Shown in pieces: positions 28,314 to 42,608 of a stretch of 64,000 nucleotides of DNA. This DNA is from the human T2T-CHM13v2.0 reference genome, Homo sapiens. Where the stretch lies: NCBI RefSeq assembly GCF_009914755.1, contig NC_060936.1; one strand, given 5' to 3'. How positions within the stretch are numbered: the stretch's first letter is position 1; every line of letters starts with the position of its first letter. The position numbers and the translations under genes are program-made. The notes below the pieces were generated by a model. That model did no database searches. It saw only the letters and a program-made list of their open reading frames with translations, and was not told the DNA's origin.

Positions 28314-29296
28314 GCTTCCGGCCTTGACTCCTCCCTTAAATTCTGGGTTGCTGGCCAAGGCTGAAGAACAAATTTGCCTCAGCAGCCAACTCCTCTATGT
28401 AAGCCTGACATTTACTCTGTATCTACATAATATCTATTAAGCAACACCTGATCCTGTTCACCAGGATGTATGTTCCCAGGGAAACCTTCCTTTCAAAGTT
28501 AAGCAGGCATTCTTGGTAAGTAGCCCTAACACCTGGGAATCATGCAGTTAACTTTCCAGGCCTCAATCCTACATGAGTGTCCTGGGTTATAATAGCATGG
28601 CTGGATGGGTGGTGATCTCACCATTTTAGCCAGTGGCTCATCCTGCATGGGAAGAAAAGTTTTAAAATGGCACAGCTTCCTTTGAGAAGAGAGCCATCTG
28701 CTCCATAATATATGGGGAAGGAAAATGGTGCTTTATGAGACAATCAGAGCAAATTGGTACATCATCATGGAGCTTTCAAGGTGATATTTTCTAAAACAAC
28801 ATAGCCATTTTTTATTCCTCTTACCAAAGCCAAGGGGCAGTCGATAATCTCAACATTTCTGCTCTCTGCTTCAGGTGTAGGCTGTCATTGGCTTGCTTAG
28901 GTCAATAGTGGACACCAGCCTTCCCTGAGCTGACTTATTGAAGATGGCCCAAGGGCCTGGCAAGCAGTCTGAAGTACAATCTAACATTGTAACAGATAAG
29001 TCCCAGTGTGAAAGAGAGTCATATTATCTCCATTTCACACAGAAGAAACCAAAGTATGAATCCTCATCAAAATACATTTTATTGAGCACATACTTTGTGT
29101 CTGGTAACGTTTCAGGCACTGGGAAAACAGCAGTGAACAAAATAGATCAAGTCTTTGCCCTCAAAAAGTTTACATTCTTTTGAGAGTAAACAATAAGCAG
29201 AGTTTTAATATACTGGGTGATAATCAATATGAAGAAAAGTAAGGCTGAGTAAGAGGATAGAGAATAAAGGAAGTGCAATTCTATATAAAGTAACTA

Positions 29297-29736
<440 letters not shown>

Positions 29737-30021
29737 GTGACACAGAGAAAAGAGCAAATGCAAGGCCTTGAGGTGAGAGCACGTCATGATATATTAGAGA
29801 ATCAGCAAAGATGACACTGTGGCTTCAGATAAGACTCTCATCTTTGAAGGGTTCTCAGCAGAGGAGGGACACGATCTGCCTTATGTGTGCTGGGAGCGGG
29901 CACGGTCACAGATGAGAGGAGGGTAACCAGCTAGGACGCAATTGCCATAATCAAGGCAATCATGGTTGGGACCAGGCTTGAAATAATGAAGGTGTAGGAA
30001 GTGGAGCAATTTCAAAGGAAG

Positions 30022-30324
30022 ACTTGGGTGCCATTTTAAAGAGCAAGGTCACTAACAAAAAGCACAAAAGTGTAAAAAAGTGGCATTAAATAGATAATGA
30101 AAAGGATGCTTATTTGCATCATGAGAGTTGAAACAAGAAGGTAGAATGTCTTGTCTCATCCCAGCTGGAACGTACATGTCGGGTGACTCAAAATTTTTAT
30201 AGGCCTGCACGTGACTGCAATGATTATGAAAGTGCCATGAGTACTGATCTTGGGGTCACAAATAGAGTTTAGTGAATAAGAAAATTTGCAAATATGGAAT
30301 TTATGAATAATGAGGACTGAACTG
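30022..30324 (-). mobile_element. MER82-like (TcMar-Tigger) fragment
   Basis: aacaaaaagcacaaaa...tgagagttgaaacaagaagg...tttgcaaatatggaatttatgaataatgaggactgaactg terminus. Confidence 0.7.
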
Positions 30325-30819
30325 TCTGAAGGGTGAGAGGCCTATTATTCATGTAAGTGGAGATATGATAAATGAGAAGAAAGTTGGAGGTAGAGGCACA
30401 GATCTGGGAGTTATTGCAATGTATCTAAATCTCTATATCCTGCATGAAACTGGATGAAACCATCTTAGGAGTGTAGAAAAGTAATAGGAGAGTTCCAGAA
30501 ACTGGATCCAGGGGCATTACAGCAAGAAGGTGCCTGCAAAGGATGCTGAGAAAGAGCAAATAGTAGAGTAAGAAAAAAACCAGGAAAGAGTCGTGTTTTA
30601 AGAATGATGAAGGGAGTCAGGAATGGGTCAATGCTGCTGAAAAGTCGAGTCTCATGAGATGTAAGAATGAACCTTTAGATTAGGCAAGATGAAGGGCACA
30701 GGTGATTTGGATGAATAGTTTCATTTGAACACTGGAGGTAAAAGCCTGAGTGGATCAAAGAGCAAATGCACAATTCTTTCCATGAGTTTCTTTTATTGTT
30801 TCAAAAATGCAGTTTATCG

Positions 30820-31127
<308 letters not shown>

Positions 31128-31134
31128 TTACGTA

Positions 31135-31490
31135 TTTTTAATTTTTAATTATGTTAAAAAATTTGTATAGGTACATAGTAGGTGTATATATTTATGGGGT
31201 ACATTAGATGTTTTGATACAGACATGCAATGTTAAATAAGCACATCATGAAGAATGAGGTGTCCATCTCCTCAAGCATTTATCCTTTAAGTTACAAACAA
31301 TCCAATTACATTCTCTATGTTATTTTTAAATATATAATTAAGTTACCATTGACTATAGTCACCCTATTGTGCTATCAAACAGTAGGTCTTATTCATTTTT
31401 TTCTATTTTTTTCATACCTATTAACCATCCCCACCTTCCCCCAATCCCCAACTACCCTTCCCAGCCTCTGGTAATCATCCTTCTACTCTC
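31135..31490 (-). mobile_element. L1MA-type 3' end fragment
   Basis: Same family signature as 3037-3335. Confidence 0.8.
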
Positions 31491-33717
31491 TGTTTTCCAG
31501 GAGTTTTGACGTAAATGAGAGAAAGAGAATAAGGTCACAACTGAAGGAGGATGTAGGATCGCAGATTCTTTTTAAAGGGGCGAGTACAACATATGTATGC
31601 TAGGGGGAATGAACCAATAGACAGGAGAACTGATGATGTGGATAGGTGAAGTCATCATTGCAGGTGGTACCTCTTCTATGACTGCAGTAACTTACTTAAC
31701 TTCACATCCATTGTATGTGGTGAGTAGTGTTCCTATCTTCATCTATGGATGAGAAAAATGAAGCAAAGAAAGGTCAGAAACTGGTTCATGGGCACATGGT
31801 GATTAAGCGACAGAACCAGGATGCAAATCTGGACCTTCCGTTTCCAGAGCCTGTGCTTTCACTGCTGTGCCACACGTCTGCAACTTTAAATTCCCATCAA
31901 TTCACATTTATTGATTACTTTGTATCTAGCAGTCACTAGCCAAGGTTGAATGGCGAGAGGAAGAAAGAGTGAAATCCCAGCCTCGGGCCTTTTTTTTTTT
32001 TATCACTCTCTTGGAAACATCACACTTTGCCCTCAAAGACAAGCTAGAGAGAAATGCTGCTGCTGCAGTTTGAGTGATGCCCATGAAGTCAGGGTTATTG
32101 CCAATACCTGATGCTTCCAGAATGTGTCTCACCTGCAGAAACACTGAGAGGTCAATTTTGAAGCACATGGGAAATAAAACTCATTCTTCAGGGTCATTCC
32201 CAAATCAAGAATTTAATTAATCTTCTCATAAACTTCTCCCACTCTTATTTTGATCCCACAGGAGAGATTTCTGAGAAAATAGCTCAGCTTTTCCCAACCA
32301 AAATGTATGCAGCTTGGCATTCCTTTGGACCCTGTCTACAGTGGTTAAATAAATCACTTGTTGCTAAACAGAGCAATTTATTCCCCTGACATCTGCATGG
32401 CCCTCTTGGTTTATTTTAAAATATATCAACTAACTTGCCACAGCTGCCATTGCTTTTAATGTGTCTGACACATCCAATTTCAATAGCTCAATGAAAATGT
32501 CATGCGATAAAACAGAGAGAGGCAGACAGAGAAGGTGATGAGAGTCGATGTGCAGACACACCCTTGGAAAGCAAGCAACAAAAACACTTGTTCAGGTGGG
32601 ATTCAGGAAAGGGTCTTCCTGCCAGTAGTTTGGGAAATTAATTATATTACATAGAAACATCTCTTTTTATATATTCATTTTTAAAATGTTAATTCTCCAT
32701 ATTTGTTATTTTTACCAATAGAATCTACTCACTCTCCCCGCTATTTCACATCAAGTAGAACCTGCCTGGCTAGTGTTCTTAATTTTTCATTTCCACCAGA
32801 AATATTTACTCAGGATGTAGTCATGTTATTTGATAAGGTAAATAATTCTATAATGTTAGATGTGTGGCATCCATTCATTCATTCCACAATCAGATGATTC
32901 CATGCTACCAAACACTAGGCATTGTGCCTGGTGTCAGGGTCACAAGATCACCCTCCTGCCCTCACTGGGTTTGCAGTCTCATGAGGATGATCTCTCTCTA
33001 GAGGCAAAGGAGGAAAGAGGTGGTCATGCTGGAGCTCTGCTACTCATTATGTGGTAACTAAGACAACTGAATTGGACTCAGATTCCTCATCTATAAAAAT
33101 GGAAAGATATTAAATATTGCCTGCCTTTAGGACTGCTGGAAGGATTAAAAGAAACAACATATGTCAAAGCACTATAAAACTCAACACAAACCTTGGTTCT
33201 TCTTAACTGAACTCAAAGTACTTTGTGATCATTGCTTCTCTATCTAGAATATCCAAGGAACTGATTCAACTACCTAATATCTACTATCTGTCGTATTTTT
33301 TCAGTGAAGCTGTCTGGCGTTCCAAATAAGGTGTTAGGAAAACAAAATGATGATATTATTTTGCCACAGCAATTAGAGAGTGTACTATAATATTCATCTG
33401 GATGCCTTGTAGATTCCTCAAGCTCAACAGGTCACTAACATAATCACTCTTCAGAATTTTCTCTCCCTGCTAATGACATTTACTCTGTCTCCCAAATTAG
33501 AACTTTCAGCTAATCCTGAAAAACTCTTCCTTCCTGACTTATTATTGATCTAAAATCCTGGACCTCTACCTCATTCATGTCTCTTGGGTCTGTTCTTGTT
33601 TATTCATCAGACAACCACTGCTCTGGGACAGGCCTTCTGTTCTCTTGGGTGGATCTTTGTAACAACCTTCAATCGAGCTGAGCTTCCTGTCAATGGCTTC
33701 TTCCTCTCTAACCCATC

Positions 33718-34204
33718 TGTGATGGTTAATATTGAGCATCAACTTGACTGGATTGAAGGATGCAAAGTATTGATCTTGGGTGTGTCTGTGAGGGTGTTGC
33801 CAAAGGAGACTAACATTTGAGTCAGTGGGCTGGGAAAGGCAGACCCACCCTTAATCTGGGTGGGTACAATCTAATCAGCTGCCAGCCCAGCTGGAATATA
33901 AAGCAGACAGAAAAATGTGAAAAGGCTAGCTTGGCCTACATCTTTCTCCCATGCTGTATCCCTCCTGCCCTCGAACATCGGACTCCAAGTTCTTCAGTTT
34001 TGGGACTTGAACTGGCTTTCCTTGCTTCTCAGTTTGCAGACAGCCTATTGTGAGACCGTGTGATCATGTGATTTAATACTTAATAAACTCCCCTTTATAT
34101 ACATACATATATACATACATATATACATATATACTAATATGTATATGTATATATATCCTAATGAATATCCTATTTGTTCTGTCCCTTTAGAGAACCCTAA
34201 TACA
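33718..34204 (+). mobile_element. MLT2A-like (HERV-L) solo LTR
   Basis: TG...CA ends (tgtgatggttaatattgag...agagaaccctaataca) with a perfect 5-bp TSD ccatc at 33713-33717 and 34205-34209. Confidence 0.92.
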
Positions 34205-34854
34205 CCATCCTTCCTTCCTTCTTCCTCCAGTCATATCCCTAAAACTAAACATGATTGGGTTCTGCTTCCTGTATAAAAGCTTTGGGGCTTCCCCCATTAT
34301 TCCTTGGGATAATAATCTAGAACAATTTCACAGCTACCTCTCCATGACACAAAGGCCCTTTTGACTGGCTGTTCCATGAAGCCTGTTTCTTTCTCTCCGC
34401 TCTCTCAGTTTGCTTTCACGCTTCCTGCGACTTCAGTGTCCCTCTCCCTGAGCCCTTTCCTTGGCCACTTCTAAATTCCCATTCAATTCTTCACAATCTC
34501 TCTCAACACTTTGGACGTAGCAACTTCTTCTTTTGAGCGCCCACAGCACCTTCTATACCCTGCCAATAGATTTACTACATTGTATTAAAATCTATTTTTG
34601 GCTTATCACATCCTTGAAATGTGAGCTCCCCCAAAACAATGCTTGTTTTATTTATCTTTGTATCCCCAGTGCCTTGCTCAGTGCCTGGGATGATCCTGGG
34701 CCTGATGGATGTTTGTTAATAAAGGTAGGAAGAGGTAGAGCTTGGCTTCATTACTTCGCTTCTTTCAGGTGTTTATCCTGAATGTTCCTGTTCCAAGAGT
34801 TGCCTAGCTTTCCTCCTGCTTTTACCTTACTTTAAATATTAAAAAACACTGCGG

Positions 34855-35211
34855 TGGTCTTAGTTGTTTGGGCTGCCATAACAGAATACCGTATACTGGA
34901 TGGCTTAAACAACAGAAATTTATATCTCACAGTTCTGGAGGCTGAGAAGTCCAAGATCACGGTGTCAGCTGATACGGTTCCTGGTGAAGGTCCTCTTCTG
35001 GGTTGCAGGCTGATGACTTCTCACTGTATCATCACAGGATGGAAAGAGAGAGAGCTCTGTGGGTTCCTCTGGTAAAGGCACTCATTCCACACATGAGGCC
35101 TCTACTTAATTACTCCTCAAAGGACCCTTCTCCTAATACCATCATACTGCAGGTTAGGATTTCAGCATATGAATTTGGTGTGTAGGGCCAAGAACATGCA
35201 GTCTTAATAGC
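34855..35211 (-). mobile_element. MLT1A-like (MaLR) solo LTR
   Basis: gtcttagttgtttgggctgccataacagaatacc...cagttctggaggctgagaagtccaagatc. Confidence 0.82.
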
Positions 35212-35269
35212 TACAGTCCCATTCCTCCTTGAACCTTATTCATCCCGCATCTCTATTTGTCTTTAGGGC

Positions 35270-35505
35270 ACAGAATGTAGGCTAAAAGGATGGATTCTGG
35301 AATGACACTGCCTCTATTCTCATCACCACTTACCTGTTGTGAAACTTTTGGCAAATTGCTCAACCACCCCATGCCTCAGTTTCCTCATCTTTAAACTAGA
35401 GATAATTATATACTTATTTCATGGAGTTGTATGAGCATTAAATAAGTTCAAACTTAGAAGAGGACCTGACCCTGAGGACGCATACAGGGAATGTTAGCTG
35501 TTACT
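35270..35505. mobile_element. MIR
   Basis: Core tgcctcagtttcctcatctttaaa. Confidence 0.7.
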
Positions 35506-37072
35506 AGTTTTACAAGAATGTGAATTCTCCATCTGTGATCCTCTCTCTCCTCTCCTCCAAGCGCCTTCCTCTGGGTCCCACAGTCTACCTCTCTTATCTC
35601 ACCTGCCACCTGGCTTCAAAATTGTCTGTGCACCTGTACTTCTCAGTAGCTGTTAAGTCATTTTAAGACATGCCATATCTTTTTATTTTGATTCACTCCC
35701 TGCCTGCCACTCTCCCCTAGAAGATATAGGCACAGAGTTGGCACTCAACAAATTACCACATTTAGGGGTACATCATCGACTATTAGCCAATATGATCTAA
35801 TGGAAAAGTGACAGGCTATCACAGTCATCACTCTCCTCCCAACAGTGCTTTTTCAATAGAGTGTCTTCTAAAGCCATTTACCCACTTTATACCCAATTCT
35901 TCCACAATTATATTAAATTTTAAAAAGTGACTAATGAATAATGGACAATTCAAATCAGATAGGAGACAGTGGAGTCTGGCCAAGCAGGGAGGGGCATGGC
36001 CCTCCCAGAATTGACCATCATGCTGTGTGTGTTGGCTGCCTTCATAGTTCATTCACTGAGCCAGCCCGGGGGTTAAAGAATAATGAGATCGTGAAGGGTG
36101 CAAACAAAATCAGTCTCAATACTTTGTAATATAGTGCATTTATTACTTGTGTTTATCTGTGTGCATGCCCACACACAGCCCTGCTGCGTTATTTTAAGCC
36201 AAGAAAGGGACATGCTACAATGTATGTATCGAAGCAGTAGAACTATGTTGAAATTGTTGAGTAGCACAGGCAAATTGCCACCTGCTGTGTATCTTGAAGC
36301 CAGAACATTGGAGCCTATTACAGGTGAGTTTGAACTAATAGTAATGTGCTTCTCACTTAAAATCTTCTATCAATCATACTATTTATAGTTTTTCCTGTAA
36401 TCAAATTTAGAGGGGTATTAAAAAATTGAAATGCAGAGAAGGCTCTTCTGCCACCACTTCCTTTAGTTCGATATTCAGTGGCATCCCTACTGTGTGAAGG
36501 CTGACTTGAAAGTTTGGCAAGGCTGGCTTCTCTAGGGCATCTCCTGCTACACTGAAGCAATTCTGCACCACCTTTCCAGGTGCTCTCAATCAGCAATGCT
36601 GAAGGAAGAAGAATGCAGAGTTCCTTTTAGTAGAACATTTTCCTCACTTCCTCTTTGCTCTTCTTGCTTGAGGCAGGTTGATAGGCATGGCTGGCAGCCC
36701 AAATTGCAGTGCCCAATAAGCAACCCTTAGAGAGCCAAAGTGCATCCTCCCACACTGATTCTAGCTTCTCTTAAAGTCAGAGGCAGTGCATTATTTTCCA
36801 CTAATATATATACACAGACCTACAGTGCCGCAGCAAGTACTAGTCCCAGAAATCTTCCTACCCAGGCTCCTAACACTTTCCTTCATTGATTAAATATGCC
36901 AAGATGCACTTAGCTTCTCTCCTAGCCTGTTCTACTTCCTGTAGTGTCAAGCACAGGAAGTTTATCTTTAGAGGTGGAATGAGAAGATCTGATGGAAATG
37001 CAAGAGAGAAAGGGGAAGTTGACACTGGAACTGAAGAACTCAGAAATAGTTCTCGTGTTAAAAGGGATGGCT

Positions 37073-37418
<346 letters not shown>

Positions 37419-39228
37419 CTATCCAGATGAGTGTGGCCCATGTCCTGAAATCAGTGACAAATTGTGGGAATCAGTCAAAGTTTTCTCCTAATTTCTTTCT
37501 TTCAGCTATCCATGAACTAATTCTCAGAATGGAATGTCTAGTGTGTTGTACAAGACACAGTTAGAAAAGTTCCTTAACAGACTTTTCTTAGCTTCAGTAA
37601 TGGTATTATGTTATTTAGTCAACGAATGATTAAGATATTTTGTTTTTATGTTGTACTATGAGGTATGGTTTCCTTTCTGGTTTCTCTATGCTTGTGAATA
37701 CAGAGTTCGGAAGAGCTAATCAGGCTCTGATGGTCTACCTGCATACTTGCCTGGAAGTTCTACATCTTTTTGAAACTCTTCTCTTAACTTCTGAAACATC
37801 ATTTCTTCATTTCTTTTTGTTCTCTCACTAGCTCACTGGTTTTCTTTCTTATTTTAATATTTTTTGCTAGATTTTCTTCGGGGCTGTGTCCTCAAACTTC
37901 TCTTCTTAATATCTACTCTCTCTTTCAGCATTCATTCGTTCCTTTGATCTCATTACCATGTATGTCCCGATGACTCTGTCATCTTTTATTTCTAGCCCTA
38001 GCTTTTTTTCAGAGTCTAGACCTATATATCCAATGGTCAAACAAATATTTCTTCCTGGGTGTCTCTAAAATAACTAAAACTCACATATTCAAGGATAAGC
38101 TCATCATTTTGAATACTTTTTGTAACCAACTCCTTTTTCTGTCCCTAGAGCCGACTCCTTAAGATAAAACCACTATCCTGTCTTGCCTGGACCACTGAAA
38201 AATTCCTTAAATATAACAAGTACTAAATAAATATTTGTTGAGACAAATAAATATATAGGCATGGAGGTAGAGGCTATTCAAAAATCTCAATATTTGTTTG
38301 TTTTTCACATGAATGGCTATCTGTTCTATCCTATATTTATGAAACTGAGCTTTTTGGAGCTAAACTTTGCATTTTTCAGTTAAAGTTATTCAAAATAGCT
38401 TTGTTCATTGTTCCAGTTTTCTGATATTATTGTTACTCTGTCATCAATCATGTTAAATCTACTTTCCAACTTTATGTCATTTCCACATTTTATAATTTTG
38501 TTATTTCTTTCTTCCAGACATTTAAATAAATGTTGGTTGGGAAAAGCCAAGGACAGAGATCTAACAGCAGGCCAAGGATATTTTACTCTAGTCTCATATT
38601 AAGTGAAATTGTTCACTTGCATGCAAATTGGTAAGCTCCATTCTCATCCAGGACAATTTCTCTATCTTGTCAACAGGAACATCATGGAAACTTTTCTTAA
38701 ATGTCTTGTTGAAATCAATTTAAACTGTGGCTATGGTGTTCACTTAATCTACAATTCTAGTGATCCTATCAAAATGCAAATGAGTTTGGAAGAACTTGTT
38801 CTTAGGAAATACTTGCTGGATTTTAGTCATTAGGATCTTCATTTCTTTTTAAAAATGTTATTATTACACTATAAAAGCAACTTTTAAAATGATAAAAAGT
38901 TTAGAAAGTAAAGAAAAAGGAAAATAATGTATACCCTACAGCTATTTTACAATGAATATCATTGTACTATATTCTGTTCAAGTTTTTTGGAGAAGTTGGC
39001 TTTTTTATATCGTGAAGATAATAGTGTATATACAATTTTGTAGCCATTTAAAACATTTATTCTGCCTATTTACCAGTATTGCCTCAATGTATATACTTCT
39101 CATAGGTTTCATAACATTCCAACCTATGTCTCAATTATAAAATTTTAAACACACCCAAGTCGCTGGACATTTGGACTATGTTCAATTTTTAAATTATAAA
39201 TAATAATATGATGAGTATTTTGTATACA

Positions 39229-39585
39229 CAGCTGGCCCTCTGTATCTGTAGGTCCTGCATCTGTGGAGTCAATCAACTGCAGATAAAAGATATTTGGGAA
39301 AAGAAATTAATGTTTACATCTGTACTGAACATGTACAGACTTTTTTTCTTGTCATTATCTCCTAAACAATACAGCATAATAGCAACTTATATAGCATTTA
39401 CATTGTATTAGGTGTTGTAAGTAACTTAGAGATGATTTAAAGTACACAGAAGGAGGTTTGTTGGTTATATAAAAATACTATGTCATTTTATATCAGGGAC
39501 TTGAAAATCTGTGGAATTCAATATCAATATCTGTGGGTGGGGGAGGTCCTGGAACCAGTACTCCCCAAATACCAAGGTACAACTG
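39229..39585. mobile_element. Tigger3a/MER2-family MITE
   Basis: Termini cagctggccctctgtatc and ataccaaggtacaactg|ta. Confidence 0.78.
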
Positions 39586-39658
39586 TATAGATCTTTTTCT
39601 TAGTTTATATTTTTCTTGGATAAATCCCAGAAGTTAGGTATTTGAGTCAATTTTCTCA

Positions 39659-40182
39659 TGACAGTAGGTAGCTAGTCATGTATGAGCAGGGCAGGAGAGG
39701 ACCCCCAGCCTGACACACACACCAAGAGCATTGGGCGACCATCAGGTGATGGTCAGGCATTTGTTAACTGTTTCTCTAAAGTAGTAATTGGTCACAGCTG
39801 GCACCAGAGAAAGGCAGTTTCCCAACAGGCAGAAAACACCTGAAACTGATCAGCAGCTTCCCAGTAAGATCTCAGGAGTTGGGGGAAGTAAGGCAAATCC
39901 TGGAAGTAGGCCCGAGTCAAGAGGTCAAGCTACGCACTTGGTTTCTCAAGTCATTCACTTGGCCCTCTTCAAGTTATACTTCCCTTCTTTCCTTTCCTTC
40001 CTTTCCTTGCTGTTCTAAAGCTTTTTCACTCCTGCTCTGAAACTTGCCTCAGTCTCTTTTTATGCTTTATGCCCCTCAGTTGAATTATTTCTTCCAAGAA
40101 GGCAAGAGTTGAGGTTGCTGCAGATCTGTACAGATTGGCTACCAGTAACTCGGGGTAACTCAGATCTCTTCCACTAGTAACA
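39659..40182 (+). mobile_element. MER50-like (ERV1) solo LTR
   Basis: agtaggtagctag...atgagcagggcaggagagg...ggcgaccatcaggtgatggtcaggc...tagtaaca. Confidence 0.75.
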
Positions 40183-40206
40183 TCCTGATGCCTAATACAT
40201 ATGTCT

Positions 40207-41270
40207 GTGTTAGTCAGGTGGCTGGGTTATGTTGCAGTAACAAGTTATCACATACATTTATTTAACAACACCAAAAAGAAATAAAAATCCTTAAATTTTA
40301 ATGGCTTAACACATAAAAGTTTATTTCTCACCAATTCTGCTGTGGGTCTCAAGGTTCTCCAGGGTAGTTCCCTTCAAAGATTCAGAGATTTAAATCTCAG
40401 GGATTTAGGGTGGTTCCGTCTTGGCCTCCATGATTGATGTGGCAGGAAAAGAACTGAGAGCTGTATAGGGGCTTTTGAAGCCTCAGATGTGTCAGCTGGC
40501 CTCACAATCCATTGGTGAGAAGTAGCCATGTGTTGCCACTCAGTTGCAATGGGTGCTGAGAAGCGTGACTTCTGTGCATAAACTAGGCAAAGGGGTATCA
40601 CTACTGAGGTCTACTCCAGTGGAGAGGTTCTGAACTATATAACTAGCTAACCCGGAACTACAGAATTTCTTAGAATTCCCTTACTCATAGAGTTACACAT
40701 TAGATATGACCACAGGAGATATTTTCACGAGATTTGGAAAGTGGAAGTGATGCACAGTCACTAAGCTCAGAAGGAGCAGGCAACAGGTGCCGCTGCAGCT
40801 CCCAGCCTCATCTCCTGGCTCACTCTGTTGGTGTGGGCAGTAGCTAGCCCACAGTCCTCCAGCTCCCATGAGATCTCTTCCTTCAGCTCGTCTGAGTCCT
40901 GGGTCAGATGCACATGCAATGCCATGAGGAAGGGTGCCAGCTTTGTTTTTAGGTCACCCACACTATGGAGTTTGGAGGTGGTGAGAGCTAGATGCAAATT
41001 TTGGTTTGTCTTCATGAGTCTTCATGAGTCCAGCTTGTCTTCATGAGTCCGGCTTGTCTTCGCTCTCTCCCGCTTCATACCCAGCTTTCCTTCCTGACTG
41101 CCAGCCCAACTGACTCACAGTGACTTAAGGCCTACCACCAGACACAGAAGCATTAGCCTTCCGGAGAGGTCTTTACCATAACTGCATGGTATCTAATGCC
41201 TAAAATAAAATTTTCAGCCCAGGATACCCATACTGATTTTGTTTCCCTGATAAACCCTAATTGATAGTTG
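40207..41270. mobile_element. Old MaLR/ERVL LTR fragments (MLT1-like followed by another ERVL-type LTR)
   Basis: tgtgttagtcagg...atggcttaacacataaaagtttatttctca, and the end ...tttgtttccctgataaaccctaattgata. Confidence 0.5.
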
Positions 41271-41306
41271 TACATTCATATTTTTAACACCATAGGGCCT
41301 AATTTT

Positions 41307-42608
41307 TAATATATATATATTTTTATTATACTTTAAGTTCTAGGGTACATGTGCACAACGTGCAGGTTTGTTACATATGTATACATGTGCCATGTTGGTG
41401 TGCTGCACCCATTAAGTCGTCATTTACATTAGGTATATCTCCTAATGCTATCCCCCCCCGCCCACCCCACAACAGGCCCTGGTGTGTGATATCCCCCTTC
41501 CTGTGTCCAAGTTTTCTCATTGTTCAATTCCCACCTATGAGTGAGAACATGTGATGTTTGGTTTTTTGTCCTTGCGATAGTTTGCTGAGAATGTTGGTTT
41601 CCAGCTTCATCCATGTTCCTACAAAGGACATGAACTCATCATTTTTTTAAGGCTGCATAGTATTCCATGGTATATATGTGCCACATTTTCTTAATCCAGT
41701 CTATCATTGTTGGACATTTGAGTTGGTTCCAAGTCTTGTGAGCAGTGCCGCAATAAACATACATGTGCATGTGTCTTTATAGTAGCACGATTTATATTCC
41801 TTTGGGTATATACCCAGTAATGGGATGGCTGGGTCAAATGGTATTTCTAGTTATACATCCCTGAGGAATCGCCGCACTGTCTTCCACAATGGTTGAACTA
41901 GTTTACAGTCCCACCAACAGTGTAAAAGTGTTCCTATTTCTCCACATCCTCTCCAGCACCTGTTGTTTCCTGACTTTTTAATGATCACCATTCTAACTGG
42001 TGTGAGATGATATCTCATTGTGGTTTTGATTTGCATTTCTCTGATGGCCAGTGATGGTGAGCATTTTTTCATGTGTCTGTTGGTTGCATAAATGACTTCT
42101 TTTGAGAAGTGTCTGTTCACATCCTTCACCCACTTTTTGATGGGGTTGTTTTTTTCTTGTAAATTTGTTTGAGTTCTTTGTAGATTCTGGATATTAGCTC
42201 TTTGCCAGATGAGTAGATTGCAAAAATTTTCTCCCATTCTGTAGGTTGCTTGTTCACTCTGATGGTAGTTTCTTTTGCTGTGCAGAAGCTCTTTAGTTTA
42301 ATTAGAGCCCATTTGTCAATTTTGGCTTTTGTTGCCATTGCTTTTGGTGTTTTAGACCTGAAGTCCTTGCCCATGCCTATGTCCTGAATGGTATCGCCTA
42401 GGTTTTCTTCTAGGGTTTTTATGGTTTTTGGTCTAACATTTAAGTCTTTAAGCCAACTTGAATTAATTTTTGTATAAGGTGTAAGGAAGGGATCCAGTTT
42501 CAGCTTTCTACATATGGCTAGCCAGTTTTCCCAGCACCACTTGTTAAATAGGGAATCCTTTCCCCATTTCTTGTTTTTGTCAGGTTTGTCAAAGATCAGA
42601 TAGTTTGC
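41307..42608 (-). mobile_element. 5'-truncated L1PA (PA4/5-like), about 1.3 kb
   Basis: ORF2 C-terminus ([20 protein letters not shown]...[13 protein letters not shown]). 13-bp TSD agggcctaatttt at 41294-41306 and 42609-42621. Confidence 0.95.
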
